A DNA stretch of 59,145 nt from Trichoplax sp. H2 (Eukaryota), in contig NOWV01000299.1 of NCBI GenBank assembly GCA_003344405.1, positions 1 through 59,145 of the forward strand, in the 5' to 3' direction. Below, in pieces: positions 40,498 to 52,045 of this stretch (within the stretch, counting starts at the first letter, position 1; each line of letters opens with the position of its first letter). The notes beneath the pieces were generated by a model. The model did not search any database. It saw only the letters and a list, made by a program, of their open reading frames with translations, and was not told the DNA's origin. Both the position numbers and the translations under genes were made by a program.

Positions 40498-41630
40498 GGG
40501 TAAGAATTTCAACGCTAAACAACTGTATTTATTTAGAGCTGCTTTCGTTATGTCAATCCACGTAATTTTAAGCAGCTAGAAGATTGATAAGTATAAAATA
40601 GTAGCTACAGATAGCCATAGATAAGATTCCATTCGAATATTATGATAAAATTAAGAGCGTAACTATAGACTAGATGAGAGCATTTTTCTATATTCCCATT
40701 AATATATTACAGATAGGCTTTAATTAAATATATGATAAAACAATACGTCCCTTAAGAAGACAGAAGATGAGAAAAAGGTTGGGTGGGTGTGATATATACC
40801 AATCACGAGATTCCAAATTTTAGAAAAATAAGGGCTTTATTGAATCTTATACAAAGATTAACTACACACAGCTCTACTCTAGCCGAATACTACTTCTAAA
40901 GACTTCTAGAACGAACTAACAGAATAATCTAAAGTTGCATGCTGTTATACTTTCCATAGCATTCGCAGCTACAATCCGCATGGCAACCTTTTACCTTATT
41001 TTACACATAGTTAAATTATTCTTAGTAAGACTATTTTACTGCGGACCATCATTAATCCAATATGGATACGACTACAGTACTTACGTAGACATAATTCACA
41101 CCAGCCAAAGTACAATGAATTAACCATATCCTAATATATGATTTACAGTTCTATTTTTACCTTTAGCCTTATTAGTAACTCAACATCTTACTGTATATAG
41201 TCATCTGTACTCTAGCATAGAGTCTCTACCACTACACTCTATAGTTATAGCTACCAAATATCTCTTAGGATAACTATCTACCGTACATTATACTAAACAT
41301 GGCTAATAGTCTACAATCACAATACTAGTTACATTACAGTAGGTTATAAAAACTTCAACGCTAAACGACCGTAATTACTTATAACTGCATTCATCGTATT
41401 GATCTGAGTAATGTTATGCAGTTAGCATGTTGATTAGTATAATATATTACGCTGTAAGTAGTGATAGATAAAATACCATTCCAATCTTGATAAAATTAAA
41501 ATCGGAAAGATAAGAATACATAAGAACGTTTATCTATATTCTTATTGGATATTTCTGATTGGCTTTAAATGAATATAAGGCGAGATATATCATGAACTAT
41601 ACAAGCGAAATAATAAGTCGAAGAGCCGAT
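40498..41630. repeat. Diverged tandem duplication of about 290 bp, split by family A copy 4
   Basis: TTCAACGCTAAAC...GATAAAATTAA...CTATATTC...GGCTTTAA at 40508-40725 and 41354-41570. Confidence 0.7.
40788..41338 (-). mobile_element. Solo-LTR-like element family A, copy 4 (inverted, 551 bp)
   Basis: Reverse complement of copy 2; flanks GTGGG / GTAGG (TSD with one mismatch). Confidence 0.87.
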
Positions 41631-42101
41631 AAGCAAGATAAGAATAAATTGAGATAATCGTTTTAACCATATTCAAATCTTTGCATTTAATAGAAATGCA
41701 CCAGGATTGCATTGGCAGAAAATATTATTGATTCAGGAAACTGCAAACCTTTGTTTGTGTTTTTTGGCAATAATTTTGCACTTTATAACTTAAACTCCTC
41801 TTTCTAACTCTAATAGTCGTATTTATCGTAAGTGCCACTTAAAACATGAGTTGCAATGTTAAGAATGCAATAAATTTTTATGCTTGTAGTATATTGACTG
41901 GTTTTATTCTTAAAATAACTAGCCGATGAAACTATTTGAATCTAAATATATTGTTACGAAATATTCTGGTAATAATTATTTCGTGATACATATCTGCTAT
42001 TTCAATTGTTTCGTGATCCGATTCATAATGATAGCGCAGATACTCTACTCAGTTAGCTATTTCAACCAACAATTTATTTTCGAAATCAGTCAAAAACTTA
42101 C

Positions 42102-45100
42102 CGCTTTGTCTATTAGGCAAAAGAATGCAAACATTGTCAAGCTCTACCAACAGGAATAATTATGATTAGTTTAATACCATATTGATAATGTTTATTACTG
42201 ATTAGTAGGTCTGCCATTGTATCTCTAGTAAATTATCGAACAGTTGCAAGCTCTTCTCAGTCCAAACATACGTTAATTAATAACAGTAGATAGGAAGATT
42301 CTTACCTGCAACATGGTTATGGTGAAAAATGGAAACAAAATGCCCATACTGGGCGTCGTAAAAGCTGCATATATGCCTAAAACCATTTTGCAAACGGATA
42401 GAAAGAATAGTCCCACGGATCCTAAAGCTTTTCTTCTGTGGAGGAAGCAATTGATGTACTTATAAAAGTTTGCTTTTGTATACAGAAATCGAGAGAAGTA
42501 ATTTTAATGAAAAATAGACTGTAGTTAAATTTTGTTTATCTTTTCCATGATGAAAGCCTACTTGTGGATAGATTGACAGCTATTTTTGCTTTCATTTTCG
42601 ACTCCTTCTTGAGATTCCCGGTGTGATGTTGCTTTAACATTTAAGATATTCAAGGCCATACCAATCTTGACGTAAAAATAAACATATATGACACAATCAA
42701 ATGTTACTACATCGTAAATAATCCATCCTAATAAATTAATAAATAGATGCAAAGCATTATAGATTCTTGTCGAAAAGTAGCTGGATTACTCAAATTAGAA
42801 ATTAAAACATACTATAAATACAATAACGAAGGCGGCAATATAAGGTCCGATAAGGAAGCTATTTTTTGAAAGCAAGCACCTGTATATAGCAAATATGATT
42901 TAGTACTTTATTTAATTTTAACCAATTTGAATCGAATAGTAATTAAATCTGTATATTTATTCAATTTATAAAATAATTTTTAATACTATTAAATCAAAAG
43001 TTGCAAAAAACTTACAAGTAATAACCGCCAAATTGATTCCTTTCAAATATACTAGCAATTGCAGCCGTGAGTAACGCTGGAAATACTAGACGATAATAAA
43101 GATATATGTAACAATTAAGGTTTGTTACGAATATCGCAGCTACTTCTTGGCAGGCGGTTAATAAAAATATACTACGACTTATATCTATTACATTTATATT
43201 GATAAATTTTAAAAAATATTTAACACATACCGTATCCGAGGGATAAAAAAATAAACATTATATTTCGTCCAAATTTACGTCCTTTGGTATCGACATATCT
43301 AGCTATGCAATCAACCAATAACCAGAGAACGGCTGTTAGACCAAGACCAGACGTAAAGATACCAAATTTTTGACATATACTCTATTATTTTAAATCAATG
43401 CTATATTTATTAGACTCAAAGAGACCTTTATCAATGTAATTTTTAAACTATATCCTCTAAATTAAATTAAGTAAGTATTACGAAGAGGCCTAAGTAAGCT
43501 GAAGATGTATTTAATTATATTTACAATCTCAGCTTCATTGATTTTTGGTATATGAAGTCCAATTAGAACAAAGATGATTGATAGAATTTCAGCTAAGCAG
43601 CAATTACAGCAAATAAATCTTGTCATGGTTTTCAGCTGTCTGAGTACAATAAAAGTATACAGGTTTGTATAATAGCCCGTACATTTCTATACGCCTTAAA
43701 CTATGCTTATAGAAGAAGAATAAAATTTGATGGCTATAATTAGACAATCTACCTAAAAAAAATACCACAAAGGAATGTGATACTTAAAAGTATTATTGAT
43801 ATTCCTAGCTGTAATGAACCCCATAGATGATAGGTAAATTGGCTGTTAGCCTGCGATATATTGCCCGTTGTGAATGTTATATTTGGCTAAAGTGTTTAAG
43901 AAATTAAATTCATACTAGAAATTAGCGATGAATTATACAGTTTGAACTTTCAAGTATTGTTTTGGGCACGAAATAATTTCGAAATATGATAGCAAATTAC
44001 TTCCTCAGTTGCAATAGGTTTCTGCTGTATCAAAGTGATTGCATAAGAAATTTCTTGAGTTTTATTAAATTGGCATAAAACACTTCTGTCGGAACTATAA
44101 CTAGTTTTTATCCCCTTATTAGACCAATATCCATCCTCAGGTTGATGAATACTATCATATGTTGGAATACAAAGAAGAATCTGCTTAGATTGATGATACA
44201 TGGCATATATCGAAAGTATTTTTGCGTACTCGCATTAATGCATAGTTGATTAAATACAATTCTGTCACAGGCATTAATAATTTAATATCGATAATATTAT
44301 AGCCGATTTAAGGGCGATAAACTGCTTAAGATAGGAGAGGCTATCAATAATAGCTTTTATATCATTATTCTAATAGCTGATCAATTATACTAGTAAGTAA
44401 AAGCGTAACTGAATGAGCAAGCCAAAGAAATTCTTAAGAATTCTATCGACTGTGAGCCTTACTTTATAACGGTCTCCTTGTAAATTATTAAATTACCTCT
44501 GAATCCAATAAGCGCACTGTTTATTTCGCACATTATCCTAAAAATAGGTTATTTAGAGAATAAACAGAGCTTAGAAAATATTCTTTATTGCTTATTTGTC
44601 ATCTAATTTAAAATACTGTGCACTTCAGAGAACTATTTGCCTTTTTCGGAGCAGTTTCATGACTTACCGTATCTGTAAAAGTGACTCTGATTGGATGTAT
44701 AAATATCTGATCACTTGTAGCATTAATAACCAAGAAAACAATAGGTGCCTGTCTAATAGAACTAATTTGCGTAATAAAGTCACATTGGACAATTTTAAAG
44801 TTATTGTAATCGAAATTTAGGAGCTATAGAAGCTAATCTTATTACATATGAACTGATATTGGGTTGATGGATAATCATTGTTACGTTAAAGAAGCAATAT
44901 AATATGGATAAACGTCATTAAATTTAAATTTACGCTGAGTGGCTATTAAAACCAAATCATAATAAATTGACTGCTTAGCATAGGCAAATAAATCATGTAC
45001 TGTAATACAAATCTTATTCAAGCTATCATTTTTACATCTTATCGTAATTGGTATTTGAAGATGCAAAACGTGATTAATCTGATTATATCAGAATTTACGC

Positions 45101-48100
45101 TAGCTTGCTAAATAACCACAATTAATGTGAACAGACCGCTGAGTGTCAACGAAAACTGAACATATCGAAAGTTATAATTTAAATTTCGCATGCATCTATA
45201 CGTATAATCTTCGTAAAATTGTAATATTTGATTTCTAGAAATTTAATACAAACAAATTTTCCCATAGTGTTACAGCTAATAGAAATTAGTTGTTGATCTA
45301 AGTACGCTACTCTTTTATTTCATCCATTCTACGGGATACTGCAATTACTCATACACATAGATCAAACCTTATATCCACCGGTAGATTAGTTCTGTTGACA
45401 ATAACTGCGATAACTGATATGAAACCTAAGTAATATAATTAACATAAACTATCATTACATATGCGCTACATTTAATGCCTATATTTGAGTATTTAAGAAT
45501 ATTGAGCAGCATTTAACTAATCATAAAATTATAAAGTGTATAATACCTTCCCGATAATTAACGTTGGTCGCAATAGGAACCTGAATTAATGGTGTTACCG
45601 TGTCAGTTGTATTCTTAATCATCAAATTAATCGTATCACTCTTGTAGTTGTTGTTAAGATGATATAGTTGATATGTTAAGATAGCATAGACACCTATCAG
45701 AAATTATAAATAAATCCAAATTGTAAAGGATAACCTATTCTAATAAGGAAGATTAAAATTTGATCATATCATAACGAGATAATTGCGATAAATAGGTCGA
45801 AATCCGCAGAGAGCTACCTGGTAATATGATTTGAGTTTGATTATCAATAGCAAAGTTTTCAAGAGCCAGTGTCGCGCTAAATTGTATCGTTGTATTACTG
45901 AAGCTCGAAATTAAATCATCCATTTTTTGCTAAGAAGAACATAGGAACGAAATTGTTATGTCAGAATCCGTAATGGAGATGGCATTTCCGAGTTTTGCCT
46001 GGGAATAGCTTTTACGTCGCTTTTATGGACTACTAATAACAGATCTTCCTTAAATTATATTATACCTTAATAAAAGTAATTATAATCAGACTTTTTTTAT
46101 CTCCCAATTAATTTCATTTAGCAATTTATATAATCAACAATCTTTATTGACTATAACCGTCTTGTAGATTTCTAATAGTAGTTTGAATTTCTAAATTATC
46201 TCTACTGCGGTATTGATGATATCAAATAAACATATTATAGGGACCTGATTTTGATGATCCAAGGACGTTAATTCGGAAGTAAAAGATTGCTGTAGTGACT
46301 TAAAAGTAACTTGCTCATTGGTTAAATCTGTTTAAAAATTTTAGGGATTAGATATAGAGTAAAAGAGTAATAACCATTTAATTCTAAAAGTAGGGCTCAC
46401 TTTTAGAGCAAATGAACCATGAATGGTAAGAATCACATCCATATGATCTCCATTTCCAAGTCATATTTCGTTCAACTGTTTTATGGCGATGAAGCACAGT
46501 GCAATTGATACTTTTGCGTGGATTATTAGCATGCCAGTGAAAATAATGGCTTTCTTCTTGCGATTCCATCCACTTAAAATGATTACTTCGACTTTGATAT
46601 AGACCGAAAGAATACCAAAAATAGGATAAACCTTTTGTATTTAAATAGTGATCGACAATGTTTTGTGTTCTTCTAGAAGAAATTTCGGCAAGATCAGCCC
46701 TCGCATACTGGCAAATTTGGCGTGCTTTGACAACTGGTAAGGCATAGTGGAAAGCTTTAACACAGTAATCTTCAGTTGGTCGATACCAGCCAGTTTGACA
46801 TTTGTTATCTTAAGTATAGGCAATTAAAGTATAAAAACATGGTATAGTCAGTATGCCTTACAGCAATCATATGACAAAGATAATGCTTTGTGGATAGATG
46901 AGGAATCAGTACCACAGATGTCAAAGGTTGCTCAAGATCAATACTGATTCTATTTGTATTTTTAACATTTAAAGCGCTAAAAGGAACTGGCATTTATATT
47001 ATGATTACTTACTATCACAACTACGTTTACGACATAAGGAAACAACGCAGTACTTATAATACACTTTTCTGTACTTTAATCTGTAGAACTACTTCCCTAG
47101 CCTACCATATGTATAGTATTTGAATCATTGCGAAGTATACACTAACTCACTTAACATAATATACGGTAAAAAATTCTCACATAACTTATCCTAAACCTGA
47201 ACCACTTTTATTCACGGTATAAAGTTACTGAACCTCTGACAGGTCTACGACAAATGGTAATACTATCTGTTAAATGAGCACATTATCGTAAACCGTCAGC
47301 AAAGCGACGGGAGTTTGTACTAGTATATTTCAATAACAAACATTTTATTACGATTAAATTATCAAATACGGGCATTCGATAGTAGTCCAAACTTCCAACA
47401 AGTTCAAATGAAGTCTTATCTTAAACTACATGTCTATATTTAAATTATTTTGATGACTGTGACACTTACATATATAATTCATATCTAATAATCATATAAG
47501 TGAAACCTAGACTAAAAATAAAGTATTTAAATGTTTGGTAACGAAATAGAATTTTGGCTAGAAATTTAAGTACGTTGCTTATATCACATATTAATTCGAT
47601 CGTTGGTTGACTTGTTCTTGTCTATGGTACATGGTAACTTAAGCCTAAAGCTTGAAGTGTGCAGCATGTGAATGCAGATAAATCATTTAATCCAACGCCG
47701 TGTTACTTGTTATAGGTTTTATGTCGGTCCATTATCTTACGGTGTTTAAAATGCCAATACCAACAAAATCTTCATTTTTTTTCAACTATTTAACAGTATG
47801 GTAAAAACCGTAGGTCTTACGGCCGTACTTTGGCTCCACTATACTCATTTGGCGATTTCTCGTTTAACTTTGCATGGAAGTATGAGAGTTACAGAATATT
47901 AAGACTATTTTAGATAAATTTAGATATCATATTACTAGCACTATTTTATAATTAATCTAATCGATTAGTTATTCTTCCGTAACAATGTTCACACACGAAA
48001 AGGATGAAAATAAGATAAAAATCTTACACTAAAGTAGATATTTTAAATGTTATAGGGTTATTTTAATTTACTATGATACTTCAGAATTATATCATTTCTG

Positions 48101-51100
48101 AAGTCTATTTTATTAGGCCTTTCATTTTTAGTTATGAGCCAAATCTATAATTGTATATTAGTATAATTACGTAAGCTGTAACTATATATATTTATTATCA
48201 ATAAGAAATGGTAGGGCAGGACTTTAGTCATACTTTTGAAATCAACTTTAGGCTAGCGAAAACATGAAGCTTACTTACCGGTTTTAAATGGTGCGTTAAG
48301 GTAAGGCACTATCTCTCGTAAAATACCTTATATTGGGGTATAATTAAGAAATAGAAATAGGTCAGATGTTACTTGAAGATCTTCGATGGAAATATCATGC
48401 AAATGCATTAATTGAATAGCTTTGCTAACCATTGTTTTGGCAAAGAAATGGTAATTCATCGCTACAGTTATGCTCTGCTAAAACCCATCTATCATGATAG
48501 AAAGAATAAGAAAGAGCAACACAAGATGGGATAGTAGAATTACTTAAAGTGTTCGGCGCCAAACTTGTCAGTACTTCAGGAGAGATGTAGGAATTCGGAG
48601 TGCTTATCCAAGAATAAAAGCTACGATGACCGCTGAAAGTAGCCTTTTTCATACCAATCCAATAAGATGGTGAATAATTTTTATCCAATAAAAAGTCTAC
48701 AGTCATCATATAATCTGTATTCCTCCGTAATTCCAGAAGCGTAGCATTATTCATTCCTTGGCAAAATCTTTCACCATTATCAAAATTCATGAACTGTTTA
48801 ATTCTTAGGCCGCACGCTTCTTGGAATGGCAGCCAATCATTTTGGCAAAAGTCTAAGCTCAGCATAAAAATAGAATTGAATATTTTAGTTATTATAGTGT
48901 AATTATTTTTTGCCCTCGAATCAAAGCCCTGATGATGTTATATTAACTAAAAATAAATCAGATCTGTAGTGAATAAGACGTAATACATTTCCATCGATAT
49001 TAACAATTTCGGATCATATATATGTTAAATAAGTGCCAATTTAGGGAGTGTATGGCTGTATTACCAGTTGATTCTATATTAATACACTGGCATCATATTA
49101 TTAGACATCAAATACAATTGTTATAATCCACGATCTAAGATCACATATTATTATGACAAACTAAACGTGATACAGCCTGGTAGCACCATAAAGTTGACTA
49201 TGTAATTAAAAAATTGCTATTTAATGGGCAGTTTGCAAAATGACGGATTTCGTCGTATACGGTCACGTTCTTATATATTACTGGGAACTGGGAAGCATTA
49301 CAAAATTGATTCTACAATAAATGTCCTGTACCAAGTTGGCAGGAAATTAATTGCAGCACTAACTACATTCATTTATACTCGTATCATTTATGATCATGAA
49401 TAAATTGATGGCAAATTATTTATGTAACATGGATTCATTTTTTTGGTTCTTTTTGAATTTTTTAAAATGTATGATGTGACAGTGTATGTTACACATTATC
49501 TAACTACATTACATTTATTCAGCTTAGGAATTTATGTTGTAATTAGAGAAAAGAAGCTAATTTATTAGTGAAATAATAATTTACGTTATTCATGTAAAAA
49601 TCCTTAAATATTTTAACAACACAGCGGCATATTAAGAATGTTCTTCCTTAGAACTTTTTATCATACAGAGAGTCACAAATGGGAAATTATTGAAATAACA
49701 TACCGTATATATGGTTTCTAGCAGGTTAATATAGTGTGGCAACCTTTGATTTTACAGAACTAGTGTTACTATTTAGATAACTTTCAATACCTCTAATATA
49801 CGGAATTTTGATGGCCAATGCGATCATTAATTATAAATTAAAATCCACTAATGCCACTATATCACCGTAAAGATCGTATTTATAACCATGGTATTTACTT
49901 TGATCAAACCATTATCTAGATTCAATATTTTCATATTTATCAGATGATACAACTTAGCGATAATCTGATAGTCTCAACAATCGATAGTAACATATTAAAT
50001 GCTACCGCCATGTCGTTAACGATTTTGTTACATATGGGATACAATATTGATAAAAATAATTGGCTAAATTCAGTATTTACAAACTATTTTGAACAGATGA
50101 GGTAGATATGCGCGAATGATCAGTTAAATATTAGACCATAACATGAAAAGAACCAAATACCATGTTGCTACTATTCATAAATAATCTCGATAGTAAAATT
50201 TTATTTTAATTAGTTTAAAAGTTATCTTAATTCCCAAAGCTTCAGAATTTATTCTAAAAAATCTTGGAATGCATACGTACAATCTATGATTAAATGATTA
50301 TGCATTCTATCGCCGTATATCATCCTAAATTTACGACTTTAATAAAATCATTAGCTTAATTATCTGTACAGTTCTACAATGTGAAAGTTATTGGTCGATA
50401 TTTTACATCAAAGTAATGCATCTTTCTGCTTAATTGTTTACCAATATGTGGCCCAAAATTTCGCTTTATTATACGATCAAATAATTAACTTACTCCTGAT
50501 ATACGAGTGTACGTGTATTTTAAACCTACTGGAGTCTTTAGGACAGCCTTATTTCTACTGTGAGCTGAATTGCTGTAGCTAGAATATAATTACTATTTAA
50601 GTAAACAGTCCTTTTATGTTAAATCTATAAAATATTACTTGATCACACGACATTTCATTTGGCTATTCAAGTAAATAATCCTGATCTGTCCATAGAATAT
50701 ATGGCTACAATAAAGCTTGCTTCTAGCCCTATTATAGCCAGTAACTAGAACAAATTTGATTTCGTTTAAGCAAAGTAATCCTGATATATTCAAAATATAG
50801 ACTAGGATATGAAAGTGGTAGTTATTGTAACCCTTCCCATATTCCTAAAGAGATAATTTATCTTGTGATTCGCAATTTACTTACAGAAATCTAAGTCATT
50901 TTTTAATTTTTTTAATTACTACAAAGCACCTTACAGATATCAGCAAATTGTCGAATTAATCAAGAATAATCTTAATTAATATCAGTTATAATTAATAGCT
51001 CCCGTCTGGATTATAGAAATAGTTTCTCGCTCAATAGCTGAGGAGACTATTACGGTAATAAATATCTTAAACTGGCAAATAGACAGCCTTTGCAATTAAT

Positions 51101-52045
51101 TCTTTGAATTCTTATCAATACTGATTGAACACTAACAAGCCTCTCTCTGGTTTATGCCAATTTTACTCAACTTATTTCTTACAGTGATTTATAAATAGCA
51201 TTTATTAACCTGAAGAAATAAAATACTCGTATTGCCACCCTTTTCTTGATGATTAATTACTACTTGTTTCGATATAAGCTCATTAACCTATAGTAATATA
51301 ATGCAGTTCAAGCTTTACTCACTTCAAAATTTAAATTTAAAAATAAGATATAAGTATGGAGCTGTTGTTTATAATCCAAATAGTAATCGAATTTTAGAGA
51401 TTGTACAACAGCAATGAAAGGTAATGAATTGAAATTTGGTTAAAAATGTTTACGATGCGGTCCCAGTAATCTCAATCAGCGACGACGATCTTAAAAAAGT
51501 TACCAACTCAAATTTAGCTTATTCTCTATTAGTTGTCACTATTTTAGTATCATTCAATTTTAGTTAAAAAGTACAATGAATGCTTCTATTTCAAGCCAAT
51601 TAAGGTATATGAACAAAATGATGAGAGAATGGTGAAAATAACATATTGCTTATACTTACGGAAACATTGATGGTGGGCTTGGTTGCAAGAATTTCCAGCA
51701 GAGTCTTGAGATATCCCATAACTACTACTTAAGTACTATTTAATATGGATAAGAAATAAGATATTACATGACAAAATATTTTAAGGGATTCGATATGGTA
51801 AACCTGAAAATTATAAAAGATTTCGATCGATACTTGATGAATATTTGCTAAATTTCTTTCATTGTAAAACTGTAAGTTATAACTTTAATTTGACTATCTC
51901 ACATTGATCTACCAGTGAATTCGATATAACATACTGACTCTCTATATTTATTCTATCAGCATTGTAAAGGATCACGGTCACTCACGTAAGATGTTGAAAT
52001 GAGTAGAGTTAGTAATATCGAACTTGTAGTGGTTAATTTCGGCAT
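42102..52045 (-). CDS. Adhesion GPCR gene 3 (divergent): signal peptide, 2 C-type lectin-like domains, degenerate GPS, divergent 7TM; final C-tail exon not resolved
   Basis: Minus-strand exons: 52045-51986 (MPKLTTTSSILLTLLISTSY), 51735-51660, 48852-48430 (CTLD), 48326-48279, 46808-46401 (CTLD), 46327-~46244 (junction to next exon unresolved), 45929-45818, 45693-45547, 45425-45368, 44752-44668, 44537-44497 (CAYW), 44151-44001 (GPS-like), 43886-43753, 43639-43525, 43381-43231, 43085-43016, 42879-42822, 42665-42562, 42435-42306, 42143-42102. Intron phases and several exon sizes (147, 58, 41, 151, 42) match genes 1/2. Confidence 0.82.
47013..47464 (+). mobile_element. Older LTR-like element family C (gene 3 intron)
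   Basis: T(A)TCACA...TGTGACA termini; perfect TSD CTTAC (47008-47012 and 47465-47469); diverged similarity to 22369-22927. Confidence 0.7.

Noticed and set aside
6644..52045. Polycystin-1-like (PKD1L) identity for the CTLD+GPS genes
   Set aside because: No REJ or PLAT domain or 11-TM channel region; the TM region has secretin-like 7TM motifs.
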